A stretch of DNA of 64,000 nucleotides from an uncultured delta proteobacterium (GTDB taxonomy: Bacteria > Myxococcota_A > Polyangia > Haliangiales > Haliangiaceae), in assembly GCA_963743525.1 (NCBI GenBank), contig CAVUQH010000004.1:672001-736000 (forward strand), in the 5' to 3' direction. The position numbers and the translations under genes are program-made. Shown in pieces: positions 9,788-24,766 of this stretch. Positions within the stretch are counted from its first letter, which is position 1. The number at the start of each line of letters is the position of its first letter. Under the pieces are notes generated by a model. That model did no database searches. It was not told where the DNA came from and was given only the letters and a program-made list of their open reading frames with translations.

Positions 9788-11212
9788 ATGATCACCTGTC
9801 AGCGTTGTGGGAAGGAGAACCAGGACCACTACAAGTTCTGCCTGGGGTGCGGTGCGGAGCTGAGCGCGCCGCCCAAAGCCCCGGGCCCAGGCGGCGGCGG
9901 CGACATGGCGATGATGAAGACCATGATGGCCGACGTCGGCAGTGGTGCGTCCAGACCGACCCCTCCCGGCGGCGTGCAGCAGCAGTCGGGCGGCCTGCCC
10001 GGCGTTGGTCCGGGTCCGCAGGGCGGCCCGATGGGTCCACGTCCTGGCAGCAGCACCGGCCCCGCCCCGATGGGTCCCGGTCCCGGTCCGATGGGTCCCG
10101 GTCCCGGTCCGATGGGTCCCGGTCCCGGTCCGATGGGTCCCGGCCCCGGTCCGATGGGTCCCGGTCCCGGTCCGATGGGTCCCGGTCCCGGTCCGATGGG
10201 TCCCGGTCCCGGCGCGCCCGGCTCCGGTCCGATGGGCGCGCGCCCGCGTCCCGGCACCAACCCCGTCCCGATGGGACCTGGTCCCGCGCCCGGTCCCGCG
10301 CCGAACTGGGGTCCGCCCCCCGGCCAGAGCCCCGGCGGCCCGACACCGGCAGGCCCGCCTCCCGGCGTGCCGTCGGGCATGCCGTCACCCGGCGCAGCCA
10401 GCCCGCCGGTCGGAGGTCCCGCCCCCGGCGGCGGCCCGCGTCCGTGTCCGTCGTGCGGCACCCCGGTCCCGCCGGCGTTCAAGTTCTGCGGCGCCTGCGG
10501 CCATCGCATGGAAGAGGGCCAGGCCGCCGCGCCGCCCCGCTCCACCGCCGACTTCGCCCAGCAGCCGGCGCGCGTCGCCGGCCTGCACGCCACGCTCACC
10601 CTGATCCGTCCCGACGGCTCCGAGGGCGGCACGCACAACCTGGTCGAGGGCGAGAACATCATCGGCCGCGAGCACGCCGACATCTTCGACCAGGACGGCT
10701 ACCTGTCGCCGACCCACGCCGAGATGATCGTCAACGCCGCCGGTGCCGTCGTCCGCGATCTCGACAGCCTCAACGGCGTGTTCGTGCGCATGACCGAGGA
10801 AGAGCCGATCGAGCCCGGGCAGATCCTGCGCATCGGCCAGGAGCTGCTCCGCTTCGACTCCATCGAGCCGCCCGAGCCGACCGAGGATGGCACCGAGGTG
10901 ATGGGCAGCCCCAACCCCGGTTACTGGGGCAAGATCACCGTGATCATCGGCAGCCACGTCGATGGCTCGGCGTTCCCGCTACTCGGCGACAGCGTCACCC
11001 TGGGCCGCGAGCGCGGCGACATCAACTTCCCCGACGACGGCTACGTCTCGGGGCTGCACGCCCGCCTGTACACCCGGGACGGCAAGGTGTTCCTGTCCGA
11101 TCTGGGCAGCTCCAACGGCACCTTCATCAAGGTGCAGGGAGAGCGGGCGGTCAGCGACGGATCGTTCGTGCTGCTGGGGCAGCAGCTCTTTCGCCTCAAC
11201 CTGCAGACCTGA
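9788..11212 (+). CDS. Zinc-ribbon, Pro/Gly-rich linker and two FHA domains
   Basis: CxxC pairs, (PMGPGPG)n linker, two FHA motifs; paralogous to the upstream gene. Confidence 0.88.
   Translation: MITCQRCGKENQDHYKFCLGCGAELSAPPKAPGPGGGGDMAMMKTMMADVGSGASRPTPPGGVQQQSGGLPGVGPGPQGGPMGPRPGSSTGPAPMGPGPGPMGPGPGPMGPGPGPMGPGPGPMGPGPGPMGPGPGPMGPGPGAPGSGPMGARPRPGTNPVPMGPGPAPGPAPNWGPPPGQSPGGPTPAGPPPGVPSGMPSPGAASPPVGGPAPGGGPRPCPSCGTPVPPAFKFCGACGHRMEEGQAAAPPRSTADFAQQPARVAGLHATLTLIRPDGSEGGTHNLVEGENIIGREHADIFDQDGYLSPTHAEMIVNAAGAVVRDLDSLNGVFVRMTEEEPIEPGQILRIGQELLRFDSIEPPEPTEDGTEVMGSPNPGYWGKITVIIGSHVDGSAFPLLGDSVTLGRERGDINFPDDGYVSGLHARLYTRDGKVFLSDLGSSNGTFIKVQGERAVSDGSFVLLGQQLFRLNLQT
10067..10213 (+). repeat. Seven-copy 21-bp coding tandem repeat
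   Basis: CCGATGGGTCCCGGTCCCGGT x7, near-perfect, encoding PMGPGPG. Confidence 0.95.
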
Positions 11213-11215
11213 GCT

Positions 11216-11336
11216 CAGGACGCGCCTGCCGGCGACCTTTGCCCATACCTCCTCGCTCCGCTCGGTTGCGTACTGAAGTACGCGCCCTCGGTCGCTGCGG
11301 GGGTGCGGCCAAATCTCACTCGGCAGTGGCGCCCTG
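11216..11336. repeat. Long imperfect intergenic hairpin (REP-like element or bidirectional terminator)
   Basis: Core GCGTACT-GA-AGTACGC (11268-11283) with nested outer arms CTGCCG/CGGCAG and TTTG/CAAA, between convergent genes. Confidence 0.55.
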
Positions 11337-11348
11337 CCTGGCCCTGGC

Positions 11349-11759
11349 TTACGGGGTCTTCTTGCCCGTGCCGGAGCCGAGGTCGTCGACCTTGAGCGGC
11401 GCGGGATCGATGTACGTGTAGGCGTCGTCGATGTCGATGCGTCGCGAGTCGCTGAACACCAGGGTCAGCTTGACCTTGTCGCCGGCGTTGCCGCCCGGCG
11501 GAGAGACGATCAACTTGTCGTCGCCGTCGAACTCGAGGACGCGCGCCTTCTTGCCGCCGAAGTAGACGGTCACCGTCTTGGCGCCACCCGACTGGAACCC
11601 GCTGCCGTAGATGGTCACCGGGTCACCACCGGCGAACGGACCTTCGCGCGGCTCGATCTTCCTGATCTTCAGGCCCTCGTCCTTGCCACACCCGACGCCG
11701 CCGGCGAGCAGCGCCAGGCCGACGACGGCGGCCAACACCATGGAACTCTTTCGCAGCAT
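11349..11759 (-). CDS. IPT/TIG domain lipoprotein
   Basis: Lipobox GVGC; IEPREGPFAGGDPVTIYGSGF. Confidence 0.85.
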   Translation of the reverse strand: MLRKSSMVLAAVVGLALLAGGVGCGKDEGLKIRKIEPREGPFAGGDPVTIYGSGFQSGGAKTVTVYFGGKKARVLEFDGDDKLIVSPPGGNAGDKVKLTLVFSDSRRIDIDDAYTYIDPAPLKVDDLGSGTGKKTP

Positions 11760-11853
11760 TCCTGGGGCCTCCTTCCTGGCCACACGGTATCCCGAGCGGC
11801 CTGCCACGGGCAAGCCCCCGGAATCGCCTAGTTGGCAGGGCCCGGATGGGCCG

Positions 11854-13290
<1,437 letters not shown>

Positions 13291-13580
13291 GGGGGTGCCT
13301 CTTCTCGACGACGCGTGGGCGGGTCCCGGCTTACAGGCACACCGCGAGCGCGAGCCATCACTTAGTTGAGACGCACGGGGGCGGGAAAAGTTTGCTCGGC
13401 GGGGTCGCGTTTCCCGGTCCGTCTGCCTCTGGACATGCCATGAAATAGAACCGACGCTTTGCCGGGCCTATTCCTCGCCCTGAGCCAAGCATTCGGAATC
13501 CCGACGCTCCCGGTCCGCACGTCTGATCCAGACACCGCCGGCCGGCGGCAGGTTGCGGCAGCCCGTGGCGATCCGGCGGG

Positions 13581-15619
<2,039 letters not shown>

Positions 15620-15623
<4 letters not shown>

Positions 15624-16531
15624 CCTCGCATCTCGGCGGCGCGCGCCGCAGCCTCCCGACGGGCGACGAGCTCGCCGACGCGAATCGGTCGAGTCGTTCC
15701 CTCGTCCTCGGGGCGCAACGCGGCCGCCCCCGCCGACATGACCACAATCACTGTAGAGCCCAGGTGGAATGCCCCCAACTCGTCGCCGCGGGCAACCGGA
15801 ACGCCCTCATCGAAGCGCACGCGGTGGACCCGCCGTGTCCGCCGGAACTGGCGGCTCTCCACGCCGGCCGCGGTCACCGAAATGTTGGCCACCCCTGTGG
15901 CCGCCACCATGACCACCGCCACGGGTCCGGCCTCGGTCTCGAGGCGCAAGATCACCCGCTCGTTGCGGGCAAAGACCCCGGGCACGCGGCGGACCGCGCG
16001 CGGGCTGACCGGAAGGTGCACGCCAGGCACCCAGTCGTAGCCGACCAGTCGGCCGTCGACCGGGCTGTGGACCCGGTGATAGTCGCGCGGAGAGAGGTAG
16101 AAGGTGAGGTACAGACCGCCGTCGAGCTCGTCGGCCAACGCGGGGTCGGTGAGCAGATCGGCGAGGAGATATTCCTGTCCCTTGGCCTGGATCAGGTGGC
16201 CGGCGTCGGCAACGCCGCGGGCGGCGAGCTTGCCGTCGGCCGGCGCGACCACGTCGCCGGGAGCACCCTCGGTCGACCGTGCGCCGTCGCGCAGGCGGCG
16301 GGCGAAGAAGTCGCCGAAGCTGGCGTAGCCGTCGAGCGGCAGCTCTGCCTCGTCGAGCGCGACGTCATAGACACGGGCGAAGGCGCCGTACAGCGGCGCG
16401 CGCAGCGGACGCGGAACGCGACGGCGCGACATCCAACCGACAGCACCGCTGAACCAGCCGAGCGGCGCGAGGCCGAGCGCATCGACGAGGGCTCCATCCC
16501 GGTGCGCGCTTTGCGAGTGTAGACCGTTCAC
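15620..16531 (-). CDS. psd: Phosphatidylserine decarboxylase
   Basis: FFARRLR, APADG, YLSPRDYHRVHSP, RNER and LGST autocleavage motif. Confidence 0.95.
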
Positions 16532-16658
16532 GACGGTGGTCCTGCGATTCGGTACTTAGGCCCCCCAGGCCTGGCCCACGTCCGCACAAGTATAGGGACA
16601 TTCGCGAAAAACCACAACAAGCGCCCGCAGTTACGGGCATTTCGGCCACTCCCGGGGC

Positions 16659-16698
16659 AAAAAAAAGGCCGGGAGCGCCGTTGCGGGCGCTCCCGGCC
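16659..16698 (-). terminator. Rho-independent terminator after glnA
   Basis: GGCCGGGAGCGCC stem followed by T8 on the minus strand. Confidence 0.9.
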
Positions 16699-16717
16699 GT
16701 ATTGGCCGTGGTCGGCT

Positions 16718-18130
<1,413 letters not shown>

Positions 18131-18195
18131 GACTGTTGTCTTCTCCCTGAGAGTGAGTAGCTGGACGCGCGGAGCTTAGATCAATGAGCTCCGAG

Positions 18196-18705
<510 letters not shown>

Positions 18706-19561
18706 TCACTCAGTGGCCAGGATCGCCCCGGCCACCGCCAGCGCGCCGTCGCCGAACAACATCGTCATGTGATTGCCCGGCACGACCTCGTAGCGGCATC
18801 CGGGCAGCTCGGCCACGGTGGCGCGCGCCTGATCGTCGAGGACGATGGGCGGCGTACCCGGCGGTCCGAACGGACCGCGGGCGTGGATCAGCAGCGATGG
18901 CGCGCGTACAGCCGCGAGCAGTGCGCCCCAGTCTTCCTTCTGCCCCTCGCTGATCACCCGGGCGATCGTATCCGGAGTGGTGCGCACGCGGACGCCGCCG
19001 CCGGGCAACGGGCGCACGTCGGCGCGGTAGTAGGCAGCGAGATCGCGATCCCAGTAGCCGCCCAGCGCCGGGCTCGCGCGCATCGCGTCGAGGAACCCGT
19101 CGAGCGACGGCCACTCGGTGCCGAGGCGCGCCAGCGACGGCGCGATCAGCTCGAGCACCGCCGGGTTGTCGATGCTCGGCCCGGCGATGTCGATCACCAC
19201 CAGGCGCTGGACCCGCGACGGGTAGCGCGCGGCCAGATAGACCGACAGCAGGCCGCCGTACGAATGACCGCACAGGATCGCGCGCGGCAGGTCGAGCGCG
19301 TCGAGCTACCGCGATGACATCGGCGGCGTGATCGCCGATGGCGTATCCCGACGGCGGCTGATCGCTCTGGCCGCGCCCGCGCAGATCGATCGCCACCGTG
19401 TCAACGGTATCGAGCCCGGCGCTCAACAACCCGTCGAAGCAGTTGGCGTTGGCGGTGAGCCCGTGCAGCAACAGCCGCGTCGGCCCGCGCCGCGGCCCGC
19501 GGCGGAGATAGCGAATGCGCACGCGGTCGCGCACGATCGACCCGTCGATGACCTCACTCAT
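18706..19561 (-). CDS. Alpha/beta hydrolase (one +1 frameshift near 19306)
   Basis: [14 protein letters not shown], then GHSYGG and C-terminal GNH after removing one base; start overlaps the upstream stop. Confidence 0.85.
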
Positions 19562-21076
19562 GCCAGGTAGGCCTCGCGGATGGCCCGCTTCAACGTCTTG
19601 CCGGTCACCCCACGGGGCAGCTCGCCCAGCACCACCACCTCGCGGACGCGCTGGAACTTGGCTTCGACGCGGGCGTTGGTCCAGTCGCGCAGGTCGCCGG
19701 CGTCGGCGCTGCCCGGCTCGTGCAAGATCACCGCGGCGATCGGCGACTCGCCCCACTTGTCGTCGGGCACGCCGAACACCGCCACCTCGCGCACGGCCGG
19801 GTGCTTGGCCACGATCTCCTCGATGTCGCGCGGATAGACGTTGACCCCACCGGAGATGATCATGTCCTTCTTGCGGTCGACCAGGAACAGGAAGCCATCC
19901 TCGTCGAGGTAGCCCAGGTCGCCGGTGTGCAGCCAGCCGCTCGACCAGCGCCTCGGCGGTCTGCTCCGGCCGCTGGTAGTAGCCGGGCATGAGGATCGGT
20001 CCGCGCCCGACAATCTCGCCGACGGTACCGGGCGCGGCGTCGGTGCCGTCGTCGCCGACGATGCGCACCTCGAAGTGCGGCGGCGGCGCGCCGACCGAGC
20101 CCAGCTTGCTGCCGCAGTCGCCGGGCTCGAGCAGGGTCACGAACCCTTCGGTCAGGCCGTACAGCTCGTAGAAGCGACCGGGCAGCCGGCGCTCGAGCTC
20201 CTCCTTGTGATGGGCGTGCAGCGGCGCGCCGACCGAGCAGATCATCTGCAGCGACTGGCCGAGCTCCTCGAGCTCCGGTTGCGCGAGCAGCGCGATCAGC
20301 TGCGACGGCACCATCACGGTGTGCGTGACCCGCTCGCGGGCGATCGTTTCGAGGAATGCGCGCGGCTCGAAGCTCCTGGCCAGGACGTAGGTCGCGCCCA
20401 GATGCAGCGCCGGCATCAAGCTGAGGAAGGCGCCGTTGAACACGATCGAACCGCCGTGCAGGACCACGCTCTCGGGCGTCATGCGATAGGCGCTGGCGAA
20501 CAGCGCGCCGTAGTTGGCCCGCACTTCGTGGGTCAACACGATCCCCTTGGGCAGCCCGGTGGTCCCGCTCGAGTAGATCAGGTTGTACGGATCCGAGCCC
20601 TTGATCGGCACGGCGACCGGCGGCACCGGGCTGGCCGCGCGGCACAGCTCGCGGTAGCTGCGGAAGCCGGGAATGCTGTCGGCATCGCTGATGAGCAGCC
20701 GATCCGGTGCCAACCCCGGCAGCCGCTCGCGCACTTCGGCCAGATGCCCGGCGTGCGCGGCGCTGGTCACCACCACCGACGCGCCGGCATCGGCGAGCAG
20801 ACTGACCAACCCGTTGCCACGAAGCAGCGGGCTGAGCGGCACCACTACCGCGCCGATCTTGGCTCCCGCCCAGTACAGCTCCAGCTGCTCCACCGAGTTG
20901 TCGAGCAGCGTCGCCACGCGATCGCCTTTGCGCACGCCGAGCCCGTGCAACATGTTGGCGACGCGGTTGATGCGCGTGTCCAGCTCCGCCCACGACAGTC
21001 GCGTGTCGCCGCACACCAGCGCCAGGTGCCGCGGCCGATAGCGCGCATGCCGCGCCGTCAGTCCCGAAATTTCCAT
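19558..21076 (-). CDS. AMP-forming acyl-CoA synthetase (one +1 frameshift near 19940)
   Basis: [36 protein letters not shown] and TGK motifs; GGAGGA RBS. Confidence 0.9.
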
Positions 21077-21086
21077 CGAGTCCTCC

Positions 21087-21137
21087 TGTAGGTCGCGCCC
21101 AACACCTGCGCGACGCACCTGTTGGCTGCGCCCGACA
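21087..21137. promoter_or_regulatory. Tandem palindromic activator boxes, pair 1
   Basis: TGTAGG-TCGCGC-CCAACA (21087) and TGTTGG-CTGCGC-CCGACA (21120), 33 bp apart. Confidence 0.7.
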
Positions 21138-21308
21138 GAACGCGCGGACTGCCGCCGGGGAGTCTGCGCAGCGTCCTCGTCCACGCGTTCTGCGGGCCCA
21201 TATCCGGGTACGCTGCAAAGTTCGCACCGAAGCAAGTGGCGGATGCGTCGCACGCGCCAGCCCATTGCCTGCAACTTGTGCCAACCGTGACGGGTCTATA
21301 GTGCCGCC

Positions 21309-23642
21309 ATGCAACGCCGCAGCTCCGTCATCATCCTGCTCTCGTTGCTGACCGCGTGCGCGTCCAAGAGCGCACCAGTCGCGACGCCAGCCCCGACTCC
21401 CGCGACAGCGCCCGCGGCGCAGCCTGCGCCGGATCCGCTGGTCGCCGAGCTCGACCTCGACTTCGAGGCGGCCAACGGCGGCGCGCGGGACCGGTGGTCG
21501 GTGAAGGGCGACGGCTACGAATCCGCCGTCGTCGAGACCGACCCGCACTCGGGCGCCCACTGCCTGCAGATCAGAGCCGTTGCTCCCAAGCGGTTCGCCG
21601 CCGCCACCAATCACGTGCCAGCGGAGCTGGCGCGGGGCAAGCAGATCGAGCTGACAGGTTACCTGCGCACGGACGGCGTCACCGGCGCCGCCCATCTGTG
21701 GATGCGCGTAGATGGCGCCGACAAGAAGCCGCTGGCCTTCGACAACATGCGCGGCCGCGAGGTGACGGGAACCAGCGCCTGGACCCGTTACTCGATCGTC
21801 CTCGGCGTCCCACCCGACGCCAAGGAGATCTACTTCGGCTCGGCGCTGTCGGGTAACGGAACCATGTGGACGGACACCTTGCGGCTGCACGTGCTCGACT
21901 TGGCCTACGATGCTCCGCTCGACATTGACGGCACCGTGGTCAACGTAGCCGGCGAGCCGGTGCCCGGCGCGATGGTCGTCCTCGTGCCGCTCTACAGCGC
22001 CACCCCGAGCGCCACCGCTGTTGCCGACGCCAAAGGGAGGTTCCATCTCTCCGCTCTCCCGGGCACCTACGGCATCACCTCGACGTTCCCCGGCTTGCGC
22101 GGCGGCTACATCCCGGCGCGGGGGTTCGCGCGAGGCAACTCCCACGACCTGCGGGTGGTCATGGGCGGCAAAGCGTTCACCCACAGCGGCACGCTGGTCG
22201 ACGAGCACGGCGCACCGATCGGCGATACGCTGGTCGGCCTGTCTCGCGTCAGCGACGATGGCGCCGACATCTGGTACACACGCACCGCTACCGACGGATC
22301 CTTCTCGTTCACCGCGATGCCCGCCAGGCTGTACGTTGCGTTCCTGGTCTCGGACGAAGCCTTCGCCGACCCCTTGCCGATCTCCGGGCAGTTGGATCAG
22401 ACGACCGAGCTGCACGGACACCGCGTCGCTCCGGCCCCCGACGACGTCGTCCACTGGATCGGCACGAACGCGATCGGCTTGACCACGGCGGAGGCCGGTC
22501 ACGGCTTCGCCGACATGAAGCCACTGCGCAAGATCGTCGGCAATGCCCGCGTCGTCGGCCTCGGCGAGGCCACGCACGGCACCCGCGAGTTCTTCCAGAT
22601 GAAGCACCGCATGCTCGAGTATCTGGTCGAGAAGATGGGCTTCACGGTCTTCGCCATGGAGGCCAACTTCACCGAGAGCCAGGCCATCGACGACTACGTC
22701 CTCCACGGCACCGGCGACCCGAAGAAGGCGCTGGACGGCATCTACGTCTGGACCTGGAACACCGAAGAGGTCCTGGATCTGATCGAGTGGATGCGCGCGT
22801 ACAACGCCGACCCCGAACACGAGCGCAAGCTGCGCTTCTACGGCGTCGACATGCAAGCCGGCGCGGTGGCGGCCAAGCAGCTCCGCGACTATCTGCAGAA
22901 GGTCGACCCCGAGTACACCGCCACTATCGCCGGCGAGCTGACCAAGATGCAGAGCGACGACTACCTGAACGCGCAGGCCGCGACGCTGGGCCCGACCATC
23001 GACGCCCTGAACAAACGCCTGGACGATCGCCGCAAGGCCTACATGCACGAAAGCGGGCGCCGGCCGTGGCAGATCGCGCGACAAAACGCGCGCCTGCTCG
23101 CCCAGCAGCGAGCCATGAACGTCGCGGCCGGCGACAATGGCCGGCCCGCGGCACGGGACGAGGCGATGGCCGCCAATGTCGAGTGGATCTGGACCGTGGA
23201 ACCCAAGAACACCCGCATCGTTCTATGGGCCCACAACGGTCACATCTCCGAGCACGGCTACTCGGGCGTCAACTCCATGGGCGTCCACCTGAAGAAAGAC
23301 CTGGGCAAACGCTACGTCAACTTCGGGTTCACCTTCGAGCACGGCGGCTTCCGGGCACTTTCCCCGGGGAAGGGAGTCACCGACTTCACCGTGGGCCCCG
23401 CCCCCGTCAACACCATCGGCGCCACCTTCGCCCGCGCCGGCTGCTCGATCTGCGTCCTCGACCTTGGGCACCTGCCCGCCAACTCCTCGGCCGCCGCCTG
23501 GTTCGCCAAGCCCCGTCGCATGCGCGAGATCGGCGCCGTCTACACCACGCCCGACGACATGCTCGGGCCCGTCAACTTCCCCGCGAACTACGACGCCCTC
23601 ATCTTCGTCCGCGAAACCACCCCGGCCCACCCCCTTCGGTAG
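21309..23642 (+). CDS. Erythromycin-esterase-family lipoprotein with N-terminal beta-sandwich domains
   Basis: Lipobox LTAC; GLGEATHG, FAMEA, FYGVDMQ and WAHNGH motifs. Confidence 0.85.
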   Translation: MQRRSSVIILLSLLTACASKSAPVATPAPTPATAPAAQPAPDPLVAELDLDFEAANGGARDRWSVKGDGYESAVVETDPHSGAHCLQIRAVAPKRFAAATNHVPAELARGKQIELTGYLRTDGVTGAAHLWMRVDGADKKPLAFDNMRGREVTGTSAWTRYSIVLGVPPDAKEIYFGSALSGNGTMWTDTLRLHVLDLAYDAPLDIDGTVVNVAGEPVPGAMVVLVPLYSATPSATAVADAKGRFHLSALPGTYGITSTFPGLRGGYIPARGFARGNSHDLRVVMGGKAFTHSGTLVDEHGAPIGDTLVGLSRVSDDGADIWYTRTATDGSFSFTAMPARLYVAFLVSDEAFADPLPISGQLDQTTELHGHRVAPAPDDVVHWIGTNAIGLTTAEAGHGFADMKPLRKIVGNARVVGLGEATHGTREFFQMKHRMLEYLVEKMGFTVFAMEANFTESQAIDDYVLHGTGDPKKALDGIYVWTWNTEEVLDLIEWMRAYNADPEHERKLRFYGVDMQAGAVAAKQLRDYLQKVDPEYTATIAGELTKMQSDDYLNAQAATLGPTIDALNKRLDDRRKAYMHESGRRPWQIARQNARLLAQQRAMNVAAGDNGRPAARDEAMAANVEWIWTVEPKNTRIVLWAHNGHISEHGYSGVNSMGVHLKKDLGKRYVNFGFTFEHGGFRALSPGKGVTDFTVGPAPVNTIGATFARAGCSICVLDLGHLPANSSAAAWFAKPRRMREIGAVYTTPDDMLGPVNFPANYDALIFVRETTPAHPLR

Positions 23643-23660
23643 GGGACAGGCACCGCCCCG

Positions 23661-23691
23661 CGGTCAGTGGCGGCGTTGGCGGGCTTCCCAC
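23661..23691 (+). repeat. 31-bp direct repeat, left copy
   Basis: CGGTCAGTGGCGGCGTTGGCGGGCTTCCCAC; 28/31 identical to 24828-24858. Confidence 0.85.
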
Positions 23692-23700
23692 GACTAGCTC

Positions 23701-23767
23701 GGGGAGACACGCACCGCCCCAAAAACCCCGCGTCCCACGTGGCTTTTTCGATCGAAGTGGCCAATCA
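23701..23767 (+). repeat. 65-67 bp REP-like repeat, copy 1
   Basis: GGGGAGACACGCACCGCCCCAAAAACCCCGCGTCCCAC...TTTTCGATCGAA...CCAATCA. Confidence 0.85.
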
Positions 23768-23800
23768 CTCGCGGCGCTGGTCTCTGCCATACTGGCGGCC

Positions 23801-24010
23801 ATGGCAGCGGATGCACGCTGGCGGGTCGTGCGCTCCACCGACGATCTCCCCCGCCTCCGCGAACAACTCGGCTGGGCGGCGCAGCGACAGAACCAACGGT
23901 TCTCGGAGGCGACGCCGGCCGGGCGACTGTCGACCGAGACCCGACAGAAGTTGATCCTGATTCTGGCACCGGTCGGTCTGCTCGCTGCGGCCGCCCTCTA
24001 CGGCCTCGCC
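23801..24010 (+). pseudogene. Truncated tandem duplicate of the 5' end of the downstream membrane-protein gene
   Basis: ARWRVVRSTDDLPRLREQLGWA...AAAALYGLA recurs 312 bp downstream; the frame stays open into the full copy. Confidence 0.65.
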
Positions 24011-24016
24011 GAACGC

Positions 24017-24081
24017 GGGGACACGCACCGCCTCCAAAACCCCGCGTCCTACGTGCAGTTTTCGATCGAAACGTCCAATCA
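24017..24081 (+). repeat. REP-like repeat, copy 2
   Basis: GGGGACACGCACCGCCTCCAAAACCCCGCGTCCTAC...TTTTCGATCGAAACGTCCAATCA. Confidence 0.85.
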
Positions 24082-24112
24082 CCCGCGCGGGGGCTCTGCG
24101 ATACTGGCACCG

Positions 24113-24766
24113 ATGACGCAACGAGCACGCTGGCGGGTCGTGCGCTCGACCGACGATCTCCCCCGCCTGCGCGAGCAGCTCGGCTGGGCGGTGCAACGAC
24201 AAAACCACCGGTTCTCGCACGCAACGCCGGCCGGGCGGCTGACGACCGAGACCCGGCAGAAGTTGATCCTGATCGTCTCGCCGGTCGGCCTGCTCGCCGC
24301 TGCCGCGCTCTACGGCCTGGCCCCGGATGACGTGCGCCGTCACTCGGTCGCGTTCGGCGCCCTCATCGCGTTCTTCGTCGCTGCCTTCCTCGCCGGTTTG
24401 TTCCTTCACCGCGTGCGCGGCTGGGCGAGGCGCACGGCCGGCGGGATGATCGCCCGGCGCGTCGCGCGCATCCTCCGCCCGATCGAAGCGAGGGGACCTA
24501 TCACCATCGCCTACGACCTCGACGACGATCGGCTATCCACCAGCATCCCCGAACTCGGCGTCCAGCGCGTCTTCTCGCTCCGCACCGCCGGTCTCGCGCT
24601 TGCCATGCCGGAGTTGGTGGTGCTGTTCCGCCGCAAGCATTCGCTCCACCCACTGCGCACCATCCACCTGCCCGACCCGGCCGAGCGCCAGGCATTCCTC
24701 GACACCCTCACCCGCCTCGGCGTGCCCATCGAAGAGCTGGCCGGCCCGGTCGCCGGCTACGAATGA
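24113..24766 (+). CDS. Two-TM membrane protein, possibly YcxB-like
   Basis: Two hydrophobic segments then a soluble beta-rich C-terminus; its TGA stop lies inside repeat copy 3. Confidence 0.65.
   Translation: MTQRARWRVVRSTDDLPRLREQLGWAVQRQNHRFSHATPAGRLTTETRQKLILIVSPVGLLAAAALYGLAPDDVRRHSVAFGALIAFFVAAFLAGLFLHRVRGWARRTAGGMIARRVARILRPIEARGPITIAYDLDDDRLSTSIPELGVQRVFSLRTAGLALAMPELVVLFRRKHSLHPLRTIHLPDPAERQAFLDTLTRLGVPIEELAGPVAGYE

Noticed and set aside
21267..21282. TGGCACAAGTTGCA on the minus strand as a sigma54 promoter
   Set aside because: GG-to-GC spacing is 8 nt, not the required 10.
21309..23642. Calling the gene an ere macrolide-resistance determinant
   Set aside because: Family motifs only; the lipoprotein multidomain architecture differs from EreA/EreB.
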